A stretch of DNA of 59,973 nt, filler included, from Sphacelaria rigidula (GCA_964200075.2; 8 parts of 8 records of this genome joined end to end with filler, not necessarily neighbours in it), one strand, 5' to 3'. Positions 36,920-51,120 are shown, counted from the whole stretch's first letter. The notes: generated from the sequence alone by a model not told the origin. Numbers and translations: made by a program.

Positions 36920-37330
36920 TGGGGGGTGTACTCATGAGTGTGAGTGCCGTTGTCATGATACCATTGATTCGTTCGGCGAGTTGCGCGAGGGATGAAATGC
37001 ATCCCGCTGAGATTGTTCGGCCCGAAGCGCACTGATTATCGTGCATATGGATGACAGTCTCGCGTGAAATTGATTTATTTCCTGGTGTCGACACATACAG
37101 AGACAGCCAGGATTCCATTACCTCATGAGCGTCTCACCATTTAAAGACTACGTAGTATAATCGTTCCCGGTGCGCGGAGTTGAGGTTCTCCACCGTGCAC
37201 AATACGATCTAACTCGACCACCCTCATGGTCACCGCAAAAAACTGCAAGTGAAAAACAAACGCTTACCTCGTTGCCTACTAGTGCGTGCCGTGTTTCATA
37301 GCGGCATTGCCAATCGACGCTAACGCTCAA
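36920..37330. mobile_element. G-tract-anchored element, internally deleted copy
   Basis: GGGGGGTGTACTCATGA start and shared internal segments (gattgttcggcccgaagcg...). Confidence 0.7.
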
Positions 37331-37447
37331 ACGGGGGAAGGGGGCGTACCGTTTTATCAAACAAAAAACGCTCGGACGGGGAGCACTGAACATCCAGCTT
37401 GCGCGCGCGCGCGGGGGGGTGTACTCATGATCATGCATGCCATAGTC

Positions 37448-37547
37448 NNNNNNNNNNNNNNNNNNNNNNNNNNNNNNNNNNNNNNNNNNNNTTAATTAAT
37501 TAANNNNNNNNNNNNNNNNNNNNNNNNNNNNNNNNNNNNNNNNNNNN
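37448..37547. other. Artificial contig linker
   Basis: Same 100-bp structure. Confidence 0.98.
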
Positions 37548-37965
37548 CAAAAAATATCGATTGTATGGTTGATCATTCCACACACACCACTTTGAGTTGG
37601 AATTTATCTACTCGAGTGTAACCTACTGCCGGGGTCCGCCGTGATGCACCGCCCCGCGCGCGGCCGCCCCCACCTCTCACAGTCTGCGCCAACGTTCCCC
37701 CCCAGGATACTGTCGCCATCATCACATCTCTTTACCCGTCGCTAACCATCGAGATCACCTATCTATCGTCGACACCTGCGGTACTCAAGCAGCGACATCA
37801 GAGAACGCAGTCAGTCAACGCCAGCGACTGAGGATACGGGCATCGAACGGCAACGGAAGTATCCTTGAGAAACACCCACTCGTCGATCGGCTGCATCTAT
37901 ACGCAACGGGTGTACAAGTACTGCACTCCGCCACGGCAAAGTACAACGGAACGCTGGCAAGAAAT

Positions 37966-38032
37966 ATGAAAACGTACGCATCTCTCTTGGCTGCCACTCT
38001 CACCATCACATTTGTCGGCGTTGGAGCACGAG
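37966..38032 (+). CDS. Secreted Cys-rich protein, exon 1 (signal peptide MKTYASLLAATLTITFVGVGAR)
   Basis: ATG, basic n-region, hydrophobic h-region, small-residue c-region, G|GTGAGG donor (phase 1). Confidence 0.75.
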
Positions 38033-40127
38033 GTGAGGATCCAGCTAGTAGTACAACAGTTAGTCGTGCACATGTTGTGTGTCGTTGTATAATAGACTTT
38101 GGGAGATACTCAAGATAGATTTTTCAACCGTCCTTGACATAATAAAACACTGCGGCGCCTTTCCCCCCTCACCGAGTTTGGTACGATAAAGACATCGCGC
38201 CATGGGCTTCCAATGAATATTACTCCGGAGGATGTGGTGAGTGCGTGCGGTCTTGCTCGTGGGTCATGTGTGGTGGGTAGTGTCAAACTCTCTACTCGAA
38301 TTTGCGAGTTGGCCATTTGTGCTCGTGTGGGACACTCACTTCTCTGACTTCGTACAAGTAGATTGGTGCCAACTCCCCCAACAGTAAGCTAGAGATCACA
38401 GTACGGTGCAGAAGTTGTGCAGAGGAAAGTTGAAAGTTGGGGTAATTTGGACCTCGAATTTGCATGGCTCGAGAATACTGTGAGCATGTTCATGTACGCG
38501 GGCTGCCGACAGTACCGCCGCAACATCCCGTACGCTCTGCGAAGTCAGGCGGCGTCGGGCCAGGCTTGTACTACGCTGAGGCTACGTGGGGGAGCCTGCG
38601 GTGCCGATCCCTACGGTCGAGGATGCGGTTGGTCGTCCTCGAGTCGTTTTAATAGAAGTCGAGACGTCTCGAAATTTCTTCTTCTCCATGACCTAGCAGT
38701 CAAAATGTATAATTTCAATATTTGAAGGGTCAACTCTCAAAATCGAGGAGAAAATTCCAGATTCACAGGCTGGCCGGCTTGACTACAACCGGACTGTACG
38801 TTGCAGGCCATTCAGCAGCTCGGTTCTGAGACTGGTCACAAGAAAGAATACTTCCTCTGACCCATGAGTCCGTGCCGTCATGTTTGTATGAGCCCCCAAC
38901 ACTGTCCGATTTGATTTTCGATGTTTTGGTTGCATTCGTTGGCAATTTTTGGGCTAAGAAGAACACTCTTTCTGCAACCTGGGTGCTTGACCCGTGCAGC
39001 CTCGGGACCGCGAAAAAGTGGGTCTGTCAGAATATGGCCACATGTCGCTTTTTTTTTTTTGTAAAGCATAGCAGATCTGGGAATCGGGAAAATCGGGAAT
39101 AAATGTGAACACCGCGAAACCACCACTGATTTGGATATCTCCGTGGAGTCGACCTACGCACGCCTCATCTAACAACTTTTCAGAACGAAATCGCTAGTGC
39201 TCGACGTAAAAACGTCCAAAATCGGTTCGCAGTGGGGTATAAGCGGACCAAAAGCGGTCAAAATGGGGTGCGTTTTGACCTAACTTTATCATTGAAAACA
39301 AGTTGTTTTTTTCTTTTCTTCGATTGAGTCAGCTTGGTCTGCGTGTTATCTCTCTGACGAACCCAACTGTAGGCTGATCGTCAACGTTGAAATACCCTAA
39401 CGATCAAACGTCCATAACGGCACAGGTTTGTGGTACAGAGGAAGTATGGATACATGATGAAAGTATATATATATATATATATGGTACCGTCGACATGAGA
39501 GCTCGGACATGGTTTGCCTAACCATTAACCACTTGAATGGTTACGCGCAGCAACCATTCACCAGTTGAATGGTACACAATAGTGTGGTCATCGAGCGGCG
39601 CAGCCGCGAGCCAAAAAGCCCCCCCGGGCAGAGCGGGCCCCGCTGGAGACGCCGTGCCGGAGGCACGTTTTTACGCAATTTGGCTTCACTGGAATAAAAA
39701 CAACACGGTAAATTTGGGTCAATCTTCAGGGCTGTATGTCGCATACGTAGCCGGTAACAGTAAATTATGATTTAAAATCAATGTAAAAAATGTTCATATA
39801 TCCATCACCCTTGTTACCTTTTAATGATGATGGCCAGTTATGACTGGCACCACTTCCGAGCTTTAGTCGATATTCTTGTTTCAATTTTCCCCCCAAGGTC
39901 CCGGGGTATTCTACAGTTAAAGTTCTTGAGAGTTGTCGGTACCAGTCCCCTTGGGTGTCGTATTCAACCGTATGACGTTCCTCAGGCGTCTGCCACCGTG
40001 TCGGCCACAGACATCTATCCGAAAAACGTATGCTCTGTCTACCGCACAAGATGGAACTATACCGCTGCTGTATCAAATCCTCGGTCGCATTTTCTGTGTG
40101 TGTGCACTCGGTGTTTGCACCGTGCAG

Positions 40128-40195
40128 GAGCCCAACACGGCGCTAGGACAAGACTTCGCGGGACGCGCTCGGCCCGGAGAGTCACCGAGGCGGCG
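40128..40195 (+). CDS. Secreted Cys-rich protein, exon 2 (GAQHGARTRLRGTRSARRVTEAA)
   Basis: gtgcag acceptor, GCG|GTGAGT donor. Phase 1 to 0 links exons 1 and 3 in frame. Confidence 0.7.
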
Positions 40196-40760
40196 GTGAG
40201 TAGATACATCCCGTCACATGTGTGGAGCTTGTCCCACATCGATCGACACGTATTTTTGATAACACCATAGTTGTAACCTCCAGCTGGCTGGAACAGGAAC
40301 TCGTATGCCGTCCTCACCAACCCCGGTGCGCCTTGATATTTTTGATCCAGATGCCTCTGAGGGAAAAACTGATTCAACGTATTTATCGCAAATCGGCCCC
40401 TTGTTTTCCTAACGTATTGAGATGGGTTGCACCATTGGACTTCCGCCGGGCAAAGATGTCCGAAATATGCGTCGCTCACGACTCCTGCCCGAGATGGTCA
40501 GTTTCCGATACTCTTCCAACTCTAGGTCAGGGTTTCAGGATGGTACCGTCAGTACAAGAGACATTGTTCACTTGCGACGAGATGTTCCGGTTTCTAGACT
40601 ACGACCACGAAAACAGACTTTTTTTCCTCATGCTGTACGCACTGCCCGTGTTGACAATACAGTACGTCTACAACGTTTCGCTCCTCTTCCCAATCTCGCG
40701 CTTGTTCGCGAATTCCCCTCCCCGTACTACTGCTGCCACACTTGTGACATATCTGTTCAG

Positions 40761-40989
40761 GTCCCAACTCCCACGGCATACTGTAACTCCATAGGCTGTC
40801 CGAACAAGTACGTGCCGATCGCCGACGCGCACACTGTAGAGTGCGTTGGTGGTGAGTGCAAGGTGGAGCAGTGCTGTTCATTGCTTTGCTCGAGCTTCGG
40901 GTGTGCAGCCGGTACCAATCCTATCCCATACGCCGACACGACCTCGTGCGAGAACGGCGTCTGCACCCAGGAACTGTGCTGCGATGCGG
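40761..40989 (+). CDS. Secreted Cys-rich protein, exon 3 (two 6-Cys modules)
   Basis: CNSIGCPNKYVPIADAHTVECVGGECKVEQCC and CSSFGCAAGTNPIPYADTTSCENGVCTQELCC. ttcag acceptor, G|GTGAGT donor. Confidence 0.85.
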
Positions 40990-42571
40990 GTGAGTGGGAG
41001 TAGAGAGATACTCGGGAGTACGAGTACCTGTACTACTTACTACCTGTAGGCGTGCGGTTTTCTTGATTGGTTTGTGTATGTGCCAAGTACCAGTCTGTAT
41101 CTAGTCGAGGCGCATGGGAGCACAACCTTTTGGTCGTATGTGAGACCTTGCGACTTGGAGTTGGCTTGTGACTGGAAGAACACATGCGAAGTACGCCTGC
41201 GGTGGTCGATCTGGTTCATCTTCTGATCGGTGTAGGGGTTTTGATTCCTAGTAGATTCAAAAACACACGTCCCCTTTTTTCGGGAGCATATGGTTTCGGT
41301 CGTCAAAAGCGTGGGGGTGTGGGTACGGTGGAGATGGGCTGATCTAATCGATGGTAATAATACCAGGCGCATATCGGAGGAGACATGGGTCGATTCTTTC
41401 GATGCTGTTGTGGGCTCGTCCCGAGGAAGGAGACGGATCAAATGTATGGCGGAAAACTCATGCTGTCGTGCCGAGCGAGCGGCGCCAGCAAGTACTGTAG
41501 GTTAGTTTCGCCTCATCTCGTGTTTGGAACAATAATGACGACGCCACGGCTATGATCCGAGTGCCTGGAGCATCGACGCCCAAGAATATCCTGAGTATCA
41601 CGATGTACTCGTAATCGCTAGCCACGAAGCACAGTGATGTATTTGGCGAGTCGCATGAAGGGTGAGCTGCATCCTGCCCCGCAGATTGTTCAGCCCGAAG
41701 CGTATTGACTACCTTGCATATGGACGACAGCGTCCAATTAGTCGCGTCATTTTCTGGTATCGTCACTTACAGAGAGCCACGGCTAACGCACTGCGAAGAC
41801 TCCCTTTATTTTATTGCCGGATCCGTTCGGCATGTACAGTAGTCTAGTCCTCTCCAGGACGTACGAGAATGGACGTTTAGGTATATTCCGTGAGGATATG
41901 ATGCGTGTGCGTATACCCCCAACCATTGATATACCGATTACGGAATACAAGCGTCACCTCTGAGCTAATGTCACGGAGGAGAAATGCCATGAAACACATG
42001 TTGGGGTAACCTGAGCGTGCTCAAGAAATGCGCAACACCATGGAGTGAACCGTCCGAGGTTACGGAAACAGAATTGCAAGGTAGCCGGCACGTGTTGTGT
42101 ATCCCGTTTCGTGGAGAATCTGACCAACCCAGGGGTGTCGGCTGTCGAAAATACAGCGCAACCCAGAGCAACTGGATTACGAACTGCCGGAAATGTTGAC
42201 GATCGCTTCCCAGATTGTGGAGTATCGACTGGGTAAAACACGTGTATCCTGGACCATCCGGGATACTGACTCATCATCCAAAAAAATGAAGATCGCGTGG
42301 TGGCGGGAATGACGACTGCCCGTAGTACGGAGCACTGCAGAGCATCTGAAGTATCGACCCACCAAATTTCCCATTCTCGAACTCTGCCGTGTCCGCGCCT
42401 CGAGTTTTTCGTATATTTTCGTGAACATGCAGCTCAGCCCCGCACATGGAAGAACGAATCCGTCTCTCTCGCTCTCCGTCGGGGTAACACGCATGTCAGC
42501 ACATTCGCACAGCCGAACCACCCCATCCGACTCTCCCCGCACCCTCCGCCGCAACGTATCTACTCCCGCAG

Positions 42572-42885
42572 GCCAACCCCAAGCGCAGCACGGCAGCTGC
42601 ATGTCCTACGCGTGCCCGGCAGGCTTCGCCAGCATAGACAATGCCGCGGACAAGGACTGCAAGCACGACCCCAACGACGTAACAGTACCGCCCAAGCCAG
42701 CCCCCGGGCCCGGATCCGATGGAGACGACGGCATCTACTCCTACGGCTACGACGATGAGTCCTCCTCCTTCAAAGATTTCTTCGATGAAAACTTCCCTTA
42801 TGACTTGTCGTATGACCTGTCGGATGACTACGAGTGGGACTCTGATGCGTGGCCAGCAGCGGCGGCGAAGGGCGCCGCATGCTGA
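42572..42885 (+). CDS. Secreted Cys-rich protein, last exon (partial module, Pro-rich linker, acidic Tyr-rich tail)
   Basis: cccgcag acceptor in matching phase; CMSYACPAGFASIDNAADKDC...YSYGYDDE...YDLSYDLSDDYEWDSDAW...C*. Confidence 0.82.
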
Positions 42886-44956
42886 GATCTACTGTTGGTA
42901 GGGGGTCAGGAAGCACTTACAATTTTGTCAGCTGGTTGGGCACGAGCTCGAGCTTGGAAGAAGCGCTGTGCAGCGTGGAGACTTGTTGTCGGGAGGTTTA
43001 ACGTCAGTAATGTTGAGTCGCGTTTTGTTGAGCCATCTCTACCTCGCGCGATCTATTATTTTCTATTAGCGTGGATTTTGGCTACTGTCCGCAGGAAACT
43101 TTGGTTCATTCTGGGGGCGAATACCCGTCGTGAGGGGTGGGAGTAGGGTAGGGGGGGACATACTCATTTGGTGCTTGCCTTAGTCGTTTGACCATTGACT
43201 ACGCATCCCTTTCGGGCATGAGCACCTTGAGGGTACTCCTAGGGAAGAATGTGGCTCGTTAGTTCGATAAGCCTTCTCACCTCAGGGTACCACGCTAGAT
43301 TAAGTGGACTCTGACAGACGTCACGCGTGTTTCTTGTTTGTTCTTTCGCTGGAAGTAGACCTTGGCCCACTTCTTGTATCGAGAAGGCTGGAGCATCAGG
43401 AGGTTCTACTTGCTTGAACTCGTGCTGTTGCGCAAGAGTGTTGTGGGCGATGTTTCGCCGGAGTTTAAATTTCTGACTGCCGCCTCCGCTAGTGTTTGCT
43501 GTTCATTTTGATGTCGATGGATGTGGCAACAGAGACGTATTTTGTGTGTGCGGGTCGATGTTGTGGTTTTCTGTCCTTGTGTGGAAAGAGAAGAGCATTT
43601 TACAATAGGGGAAATTTAGACCTAGCTCTTTTGCGCCCTCCGTGCAGTACAGATCGATGCGTGTGTGTTCGGTACACGCGTGTGGTGCTCTTCTTGTGTC
43701 CGGATGTGTATACTTGTGTCGATGATGTTGGTTGAGGGAAGGGGTTCCCTCTTTTGTACAGCCACCTGTGGGTTCGGAGTACACGTTGTGGAAGCGCTTT
43801 TATTGAGAGATGGTTTACAGGCGCTGTCATCTCGACGCCGGAATGCTGTTAGCGGCGAGAGGCATGTCGTTGAGCATATCAACTACGTGGGCGAGGATTG
43901 AATTCTGCCTCATGGGAGCTCTTGTGTGGAAAAACGCACGGGAGTTGGGGAAGCTGTATTGTGTGCGTGATACATACTGTGTGTTGGAACGTTGGGTCGA
44001 GGTTTGTAGTGACACTGTGAATATGATGTGTTGAAGAAACACCACGTTTGGTTCGACTTTACGCATGAATTGCATTAAAGAGAGCAAAGTGGATTGTGTG
44101 CACCTCGACTTCACTTTTACTGAGCCAGACAACAGTAAACGAGGAACAAATAGATGAGCATCTCGTGAAATAACACCCTCTCGTCTGATTTTGCCTTCCG
44201 GGTGTCACGCCTGAAATCCCCCCAAAGAACGGCATCGTGCTGACATCCATGCTCAATCGGTCTCACAGTTTGCACGGGTGCACACAACTGTCCATCCCCC
44301 GCCCGCCTCCGTAGACCACGGCGCAAACTGGAATGATACGAAGCATATACCCACATTCTTGTGGATTCTAAAATGCTGCCTTGTACAACAGAATTAACAG
44401 GTACTTCACCACCTCAGAGTACACGATCTTACCCACCTGAACCACGTTTCGTCTCACGGAATCTTGAACGGTCGTACACAAAACATGTGCGCCAAACTCA
44501 TTCAATCGTCGATCCGCAGCCGTATCCCAGCCAACAGGCCAAAGCGGAGTCGGGCTTTGTGCGCTGTCTCCTCTAAATGCATCGGCGGGACATGTAATAT
44601 ACAGGCATGTATAAAAGTCCTTGGCCTAAAATAGCTACTGCGGTGTATTTTTCGCTCGTGACTCGGATTTGTCCATCCCTTTGACCGCTTCTCGCACACG
44701 AATAGCTCGATTCCGCACAAAAACAGATCGCCCCTCCGGCCGTGGTCGCTAGCCAAACTTACCCCCACTATGATGGACGAAACGGTCACGGTCGCCAAAT
44801 GAAACTCGAGAGGGGGATAGGACAGCATGAGGTGAATCAGAGTAAAGTGATGAGAAAAAGTGTATATATTAGAGGGGAATGTACCAATTAAGATACAGAG
44901 CCAATCAAGATGCAAGTTTTTTAATCGTTCATATCTCCATTAAATATTAACCGTTT

Positions 44957-45056
44957 NNNNNNNNNNNNNNNNNNNNNNNNNNNNNNNNNNNNNNNNNNNN
45001 TTAATTAATTAANNNNNNNNNNNNNNNNNNNNNNNNNNNNNNNNNNNNNNNNNNNN
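44957..45056. other. Artificial contig linker
   Basis: Same 100-bp structure. Confidence 0.98.
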
Positions 45057-46011
45057 AAGAGAAAGATCAAAGCCACTCTCAATCGTATCATCTACTCTCA
45101 ATCTCACGAAAACACTGTTAACCGTAGAGTTGTATTGAAGCATAAATCGTGTTTGTGTTATCGCGTTCGCCCTAAATTCGTAAGGGCCCGCGGCAAGCCG
45201 GCACTGAGACGCTAGCAGTTTCCCGGAAAATTCTCGCGAGGTCGTCCCGCACCAGTCTCAGCCACTACCATTCCTGTTTTGAAGTACACGTACACGACTC
45301 GCTTCCTGGTATGTCATACACTATAAGTTGCAACCTGCTGTTTCTCGGGCAGACAGGACACAGTGTCAAGCGTCAAGCACCTGCACACTGGGCCGAGGGG
45401 GCCCATATCGGGAAATGATGGCACCACCACCCCTCAGGTCGCTCGAACCTCATTTTGGGACCGTAGGGGGGAAGGGGGGGACCCTTGGGTACCCTATTCA
45501 ATGAGAGCGGGGTGCCCCCCCCGATCGATGGATAATGGTGATCGATGGATAATGGTGATGGCAATTGCTGTGTGTGCGCGCATCGGTCTTCAAAGCATAC
45601 AGATCTATGTACAAGTGCGGTACGTGAAAATACTGATCGCTGCTGTGTTCGACACTGCATACCAACCGCAGCGTGACGCGTTCGGCGGCACTACCTGCCC
45701 ACTGCACAGCGGCAGGGTGCAGGGTGACAAAGCACATCGCAGGACGTGACATCCTTGGTCTGTCCCCGCCCTGTATTGATTTCGCGTTGTCCTATGCAGT
45801 TCGCCACATCATGAATGCAGCCGCTTGTATCTGCGACCAACGTGTACGCAGAATATCACCCCTCGCTACGCGCTATATCGCTGCGTCACATTTTCGAAAT
45901 CTGTCCTTGTTGCAGCTATAGCGCGCGTTTACCCCAGGTGGCGCACGCAGGAGTAAAATGCAGCCTCCGCCGCTGTAATGGCGATCTTTATCTTGAGCGA
46001 ACCTGTTTGGT

Positions 46012-46096
46012 GACACAGCCGCGGCTGGTGCGCCCACATATACCGAAGGTGGAGACCGGCGTCCAGAATAGATGGGACGACAACCCACGCAACACA
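46012..46096 (+). mobile_element. 5'-truncated SINE/LINE 3' tail
   Basis: cggctggtgcgcccacatataccgaaggtggagaccggcgtccagaatagatgggacga is nearly identical to 9141-9199. Confidence 0.7.
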
Positions 46097-49000
46097 CTGA
46101 CGGTGCGCAGTACACTTTCAACATCGTGTTCGTACTGACTGTAGAAATATTTTATCTTTGTCCACGGTTGGGTACATTTCCATATAAAATGCAGGGTCTG
46201 GTACACTCTACTCATAATGTAATGGAGGGTCTGGTACATTCTCACATGTGAATGTATGTGATATTGTAACTCAGTGATATCGTGAAAAAATCGGTAACAT
46301 CTGGGCGAACTACAGGTGAGGCAATCGCAAAAATATTCACTTGCAAACTCTGCTCCAGTACACTGTAAGTTGATATCGCTAGAAGGACTCTACCATAATA
46401 ACCACATTGCCGGCTGCCAGACTGCCAGGACGTAGGATCCGCTAGCATTGCTTCTGTCTGTACGGGGATGTTGCCCGTTGTCGGGTACGTTTTGAAGCAT
46501 GATACTAGGTGTAGATCATCCTTGTACATGTGAACCAAATGCTGGGCGTCAAATTCTCACTCAAGACATTGATTTGGAGGATCATAATTTATAGGCAGCA
46601 GCAACTGCTATGTCCAGGTGCCCCTTGGAGCAAGATGCGTTTGGTTCTTGTTTCAACAAAGCTTTCCCAAAAAAAACGAAATCACCAGGGGTTTTAAAGT
46701 GGAAAAATCGAGTAAAAACAAATGTCCCAAAAATTGAGTCGCAGAAACCAAGTCGCGAAAATCCAGCCGCAAAAAAACGGTGAGTTGAATTTTCACCCGC
46801 AGCAAAAACCAAATTCATTTCGCGAATCGTAAAACTGGAACTACTGTTATGTACATTTGTGGACAGTGCGACGCACGGTATATGCAGGTGACATTCGTGG
46901 GAAGCCTATTTGTGAGGACATTGTGCAGGTTGTTTTATGAACAATAGAGGAATGTTACAGAAAATATTCGACAAAAGTAGGACTTCACCGTGGATTTTAG
47001 AGAGGTTGACAGCGATGAATTCGCCCGTAACATATTTTTTGTTATTTCTGTGTTGATCGTGGTTGCGTTTATTATTAGCAGATTGATTCCATATGGGAGG
47101 ATGTTGATAGATTGATATAAATGGATTCAAAATGCTGAAGAATAGCCACTGTTGTTTTATTCGTTGAGCATAAGTGGATCGTATAAAAGTTTCTGTACAC
47201 ATGCAGAAGAATAGTTGATGCTTGATTGATTTCTTCTGTAGACAAGCATATCAATTCACTCGTTATACTATCCACGTTTTCTACCGCTGAACTGCTCAAG
47301 GTCGGGCTTGATCCGCAAGCCATGCCTCGTGCACCGTGCCGACATTAAAACTTCACCTATAACCTGCGACCTGGGTTACGCTAGTTGGCAGAATATCTCA
47401 ACAATGTGATCTTTGACTAGCCGAGAAAAGTTGCTTGAATAAGGTACAGATGACTAGATCTGACCGTGTGGGAACAAAGTCACTCGATGGTGCAGTTGGT
47501 GCGTCAAGTCTGTCAGTCCTGCAGTTGGTGAGCCCAAGGCACCTGATGATATAGTAGCCGGGGCAAGTTGATTGAACGAAGTACAGGTGAATCAAGTCAC
47601 TTGATTTACAGTTGGTGCTTGGGTTATAATAGTGAGGCAATTTACTTGAACTGAGTACAGATGCTGCAGCGAAGGAGACTGTTGGAGGTTGATGAGTTCG
47701 GAAATGCGGGGAGACTCATCTATTTTTGAAACCATCAAAACCGCGGTGAGATTCTATCCCTCCTCCGAGGAGATGATCCGTCTCGAAAGGGATGCATGAT
47801 CAATGGTCAATGACAACGGCAAGCAACAAATGAGTACGCCCCCCTCCCCCCCTCATCAATCTTCCGAAGACGGGCGCGCACGGCGCGAGCACACAAACCG
47901 GACCATGACTACCGTACAATCGTAGCTGCCGTAATGCACTGTATATGCATCACAATCGAGCGACCACAGCATACTGAATCTTGTCGCGATGGAACCACCA
48001 AAAGCCATAAACTCACCCAACACGTGCACCAACAGAAGGTTTTTTCAGGAAGAAACAAGAACATCGGTCCGCCAGAGGAGGGGAGGGCTAGGAGGTTTTC
48101 CCTCACCTACGCTTTGTGACTGTCGCTGTTGTGACATCATAAAATCTGGTAAATCACCACACGTTTCGACCAAGCTCGACTTTCTCGCAGGAAAGAGCGA
48201 GCGTCCATAGCGCAATTTCATAAATACGGCAAACGTCTACATATATATGAAATTAACGCTGTAATCACATTTACCGTAGTTGGATTCCGATAATGGTTCA
48301 CGACCTCTCCCCCTCACCCAGTCAAAGACATGCGGACAAGCGAAAAAAACAAAAAGACAAGCACCAGGGATGAAGGTGTGTGATCACCAAATGAGCACAC
48401 GTACCCCCCCAACCACCCCTGCCCCTCCTCTGCGAAAATAACACACCCATGCCCAGAGACATGTCCAAACCCGAGACATTCATCACGCTGATCACAAGCA
48501 AAAAATTTATCTTCGTGCTCGTTGTCCGTGTTAATTCCTCGTCAAGACTAAAACATACGTCGTCGGTTGTCCCACAGGACATCGGCAAAAGCGCAAAACT
48601 ACATACTGCGATGTAGCTGGTGACACTATCGTAGCTCCCCGTCATCCGCACGAACGAAGACGAAGACGTGACCTTGTTCGTTACGACTCACGCGCAACAG
48701 GCCATCCAGATATGTGGTCGTCATCATCACCTTCACAGGGTGCAGCGGTGACGGCCAAGACGGGGGGGATGGTGGGGGAGCGTACTCAGTTGTTGTTTGC
48801 CTCATTCATTTGATCATTGATCATGCATCCCTTTCAAGACGGACGACCGTGCCTTGTCCTGACGAAGGCACCTCCCACATTTCGGTGCTCACGAAGTTTT
48901 TGCCATACGTGACAAAAAAACTGTTGCCAAGAGGGGAGGGCGCTGGGGGGGGGGGTATATAAAATTGATGGCGGGTCCTGGCGATGTCAAGACGGATGCT

Positions 49001-50034
49001 GCCTGCCATGCCTTATTTTAGAAGAAAACATTAACAGCTCCACAGCTCAATGAATAAAGGAGTTGACACTTTTACATACACAATGCTTCAATCAGTTGTA
49101 TCTTCATTTTTTCCCCCGTTCTCTTCTGGCTCAGAACTCTGTACCGTGACTTCGCCGACCCCCCCCCCCTCCCACGAGACTTGTCATTTGAACTCTGATC
49201 CGCTCCACTACTGTGGCGGGAATCACTCATCTGGGAAAACGTGTACCGCCGCTGTAACTTGTTCTCGTTGTACAGTAGAGCTTGCAAAGAAAAAAACGCA
49301 TGTGCCTGATCCTCATCCAAAAATTAGTCTGCACTGGGTTTCTAGCTGGAAAAAGCAGCATTTTTTTCCCGGCTTGCCGCGCGTCAGGGAAGCACGCCCC
49401 AGTGCGAGTTTCGAGCTCCATACACCGGATGCCTTGCAACGCTGCAGAGATGTTAGCCGGGAACAGAGCCCGCTAATTCGTGTTCACATCGTAGCATTTG
49501 CTCCCCATATGCGTCGTTGGGCCACGAAGTCATTGTCCGGCATGCGTGCTAAGCGCGTTGTACCGGCTGCATAGCGCAACTTACATTTGTAAAGAGAATA
49601 CAGAGTAGATGGATGCTGACCAAGCATGATCCACACGTGATTTTCTTCGACTTTGTAGACCGTACGGGGTGATAACTTGCAGCACGACGTGGGTATTGAT
49701 CGCAAGCCCTACCGACGGAAGTGTTGTGAACTGGTTTGGCTAACCAGTTAACTGATTGCAGGAAACTACAACCAGTTACAGTCATAAGTTAAAACTGGAT
49801 AACTGGCGGCGAAGCCGCCCCGCGACTCCGCCAGCGTTGCCTGGCAAGGAATCGTGGCGGAGTCGCGTAAACGCTCACTCCCCCCCCCCCGGCTGGTGAG
49901 GGGGGGCCGCCGGGGGCGGAAAGAAATACGCCATTTCGCTTCACATCTCTTCAAAATCGCGGAAAATTCTAGCCGCCTAGCGCCAGCACTTCGAGCAAAT
50001 AATCGGTGCAACGAATATATTTATATATATATAT

Positions 50035-51120
50035 ATACAAGATTCCCCTTCGGGACGTTGGTACGGGCCTCATGGGGGGGTGTACTCATGATCATGCTTA
50101 CCATAGTCATGAGATCATTGACCTCGCATCCCTACAAAGCCGGGACGGAGCACGCCGGGTTTTCGCCGGACCAGGCTCGCACTCAAGCACTTAACGCTGC
50201 GTTCTGCTAAGATTGTTCGGCCCGAAGCCTACAACAGGCCCGGGGTGACGCATATCGAAAATATATGGTTGAGAGAAGCTACTGTTGTATCTCAATGTAC
50301 AGTAGTGATCGTGGCTGTACAAAACATCGCATGTGTTATCAGATATCGTTCGGAAATGTGGGAATTCGGACGGAGGCCGACGGCGGAACCGCCGGCGTAG
50401 GATATGTGTGGTATTCCCGAGGTGCCAGAGTGAGAAGTAGCTCTCCTGCCACAAACACATGACAGCGGGAGGTACTTCCCGAAAAATTGGAATGCGTGGG
50501 ACATTATTGGCATGTTCTTCGTACATCACTGTGGCTTCCACATCACCGGGCCTTTTTTTCAACAGGGTGATTTTCTTCAAAACATTCCTGTGCTGCCGTG
50601 TTGCTTTGCCTTGTTCAACTCGACAACGGCCCATTGCACGGTCTTATGTTTGTTGCTGACTAAGGCCAAGGCAATACTCAATCGTTTTCAACTGCTTTGC
50701 TCTCATCAAATTATCGTGACATTGGCGGCATAATCGGTGTGTTCGTGCTCACGAATGAACGAGAACGCGAAAAAGAGAAACACGGGGAGAAAATACCCCG
50801 CCAAAAGTAATCATGTTTGAAGTTTTGCATGATCTTCAACAGGCTTCTGTGGTTCGGGTTCCTGTTTCAAGTTTTCCATGATCTTGAAAAGGCTTTTGTG
50901 GTTCGGGATCGACACCCCGTGAACAAGGGTCTGTTTGAGCGACTTTCGGTGGCCAGAACATGCGCCACAGCTATCAGATGACGCCCGAACCTGAACGACA
51001 ATATACCGCTGAGCCTTCTCAGTGCGCTGCCGAACAAAATGCGGAGGGGGGGAAACTTGACGCCAGAGAAAACTCGGCAAAAGTGGTGAAAAATGTTAAA
51101 TGATACACGTACATATATAT
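50035..51120. mobile_element. ~1-kb dispersed repeat, second copy
   Basis: Homologous to 4262-5265. Confidence 0.8.
50074..50230. mobile_element. G-tract-anchored element nested within the ~1-kb dispersed repeat
   Basis: Present after ttggtacgggcctc in the 50035 copy and absent at the same position in the 4262 copy. Confidence 0.75.
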
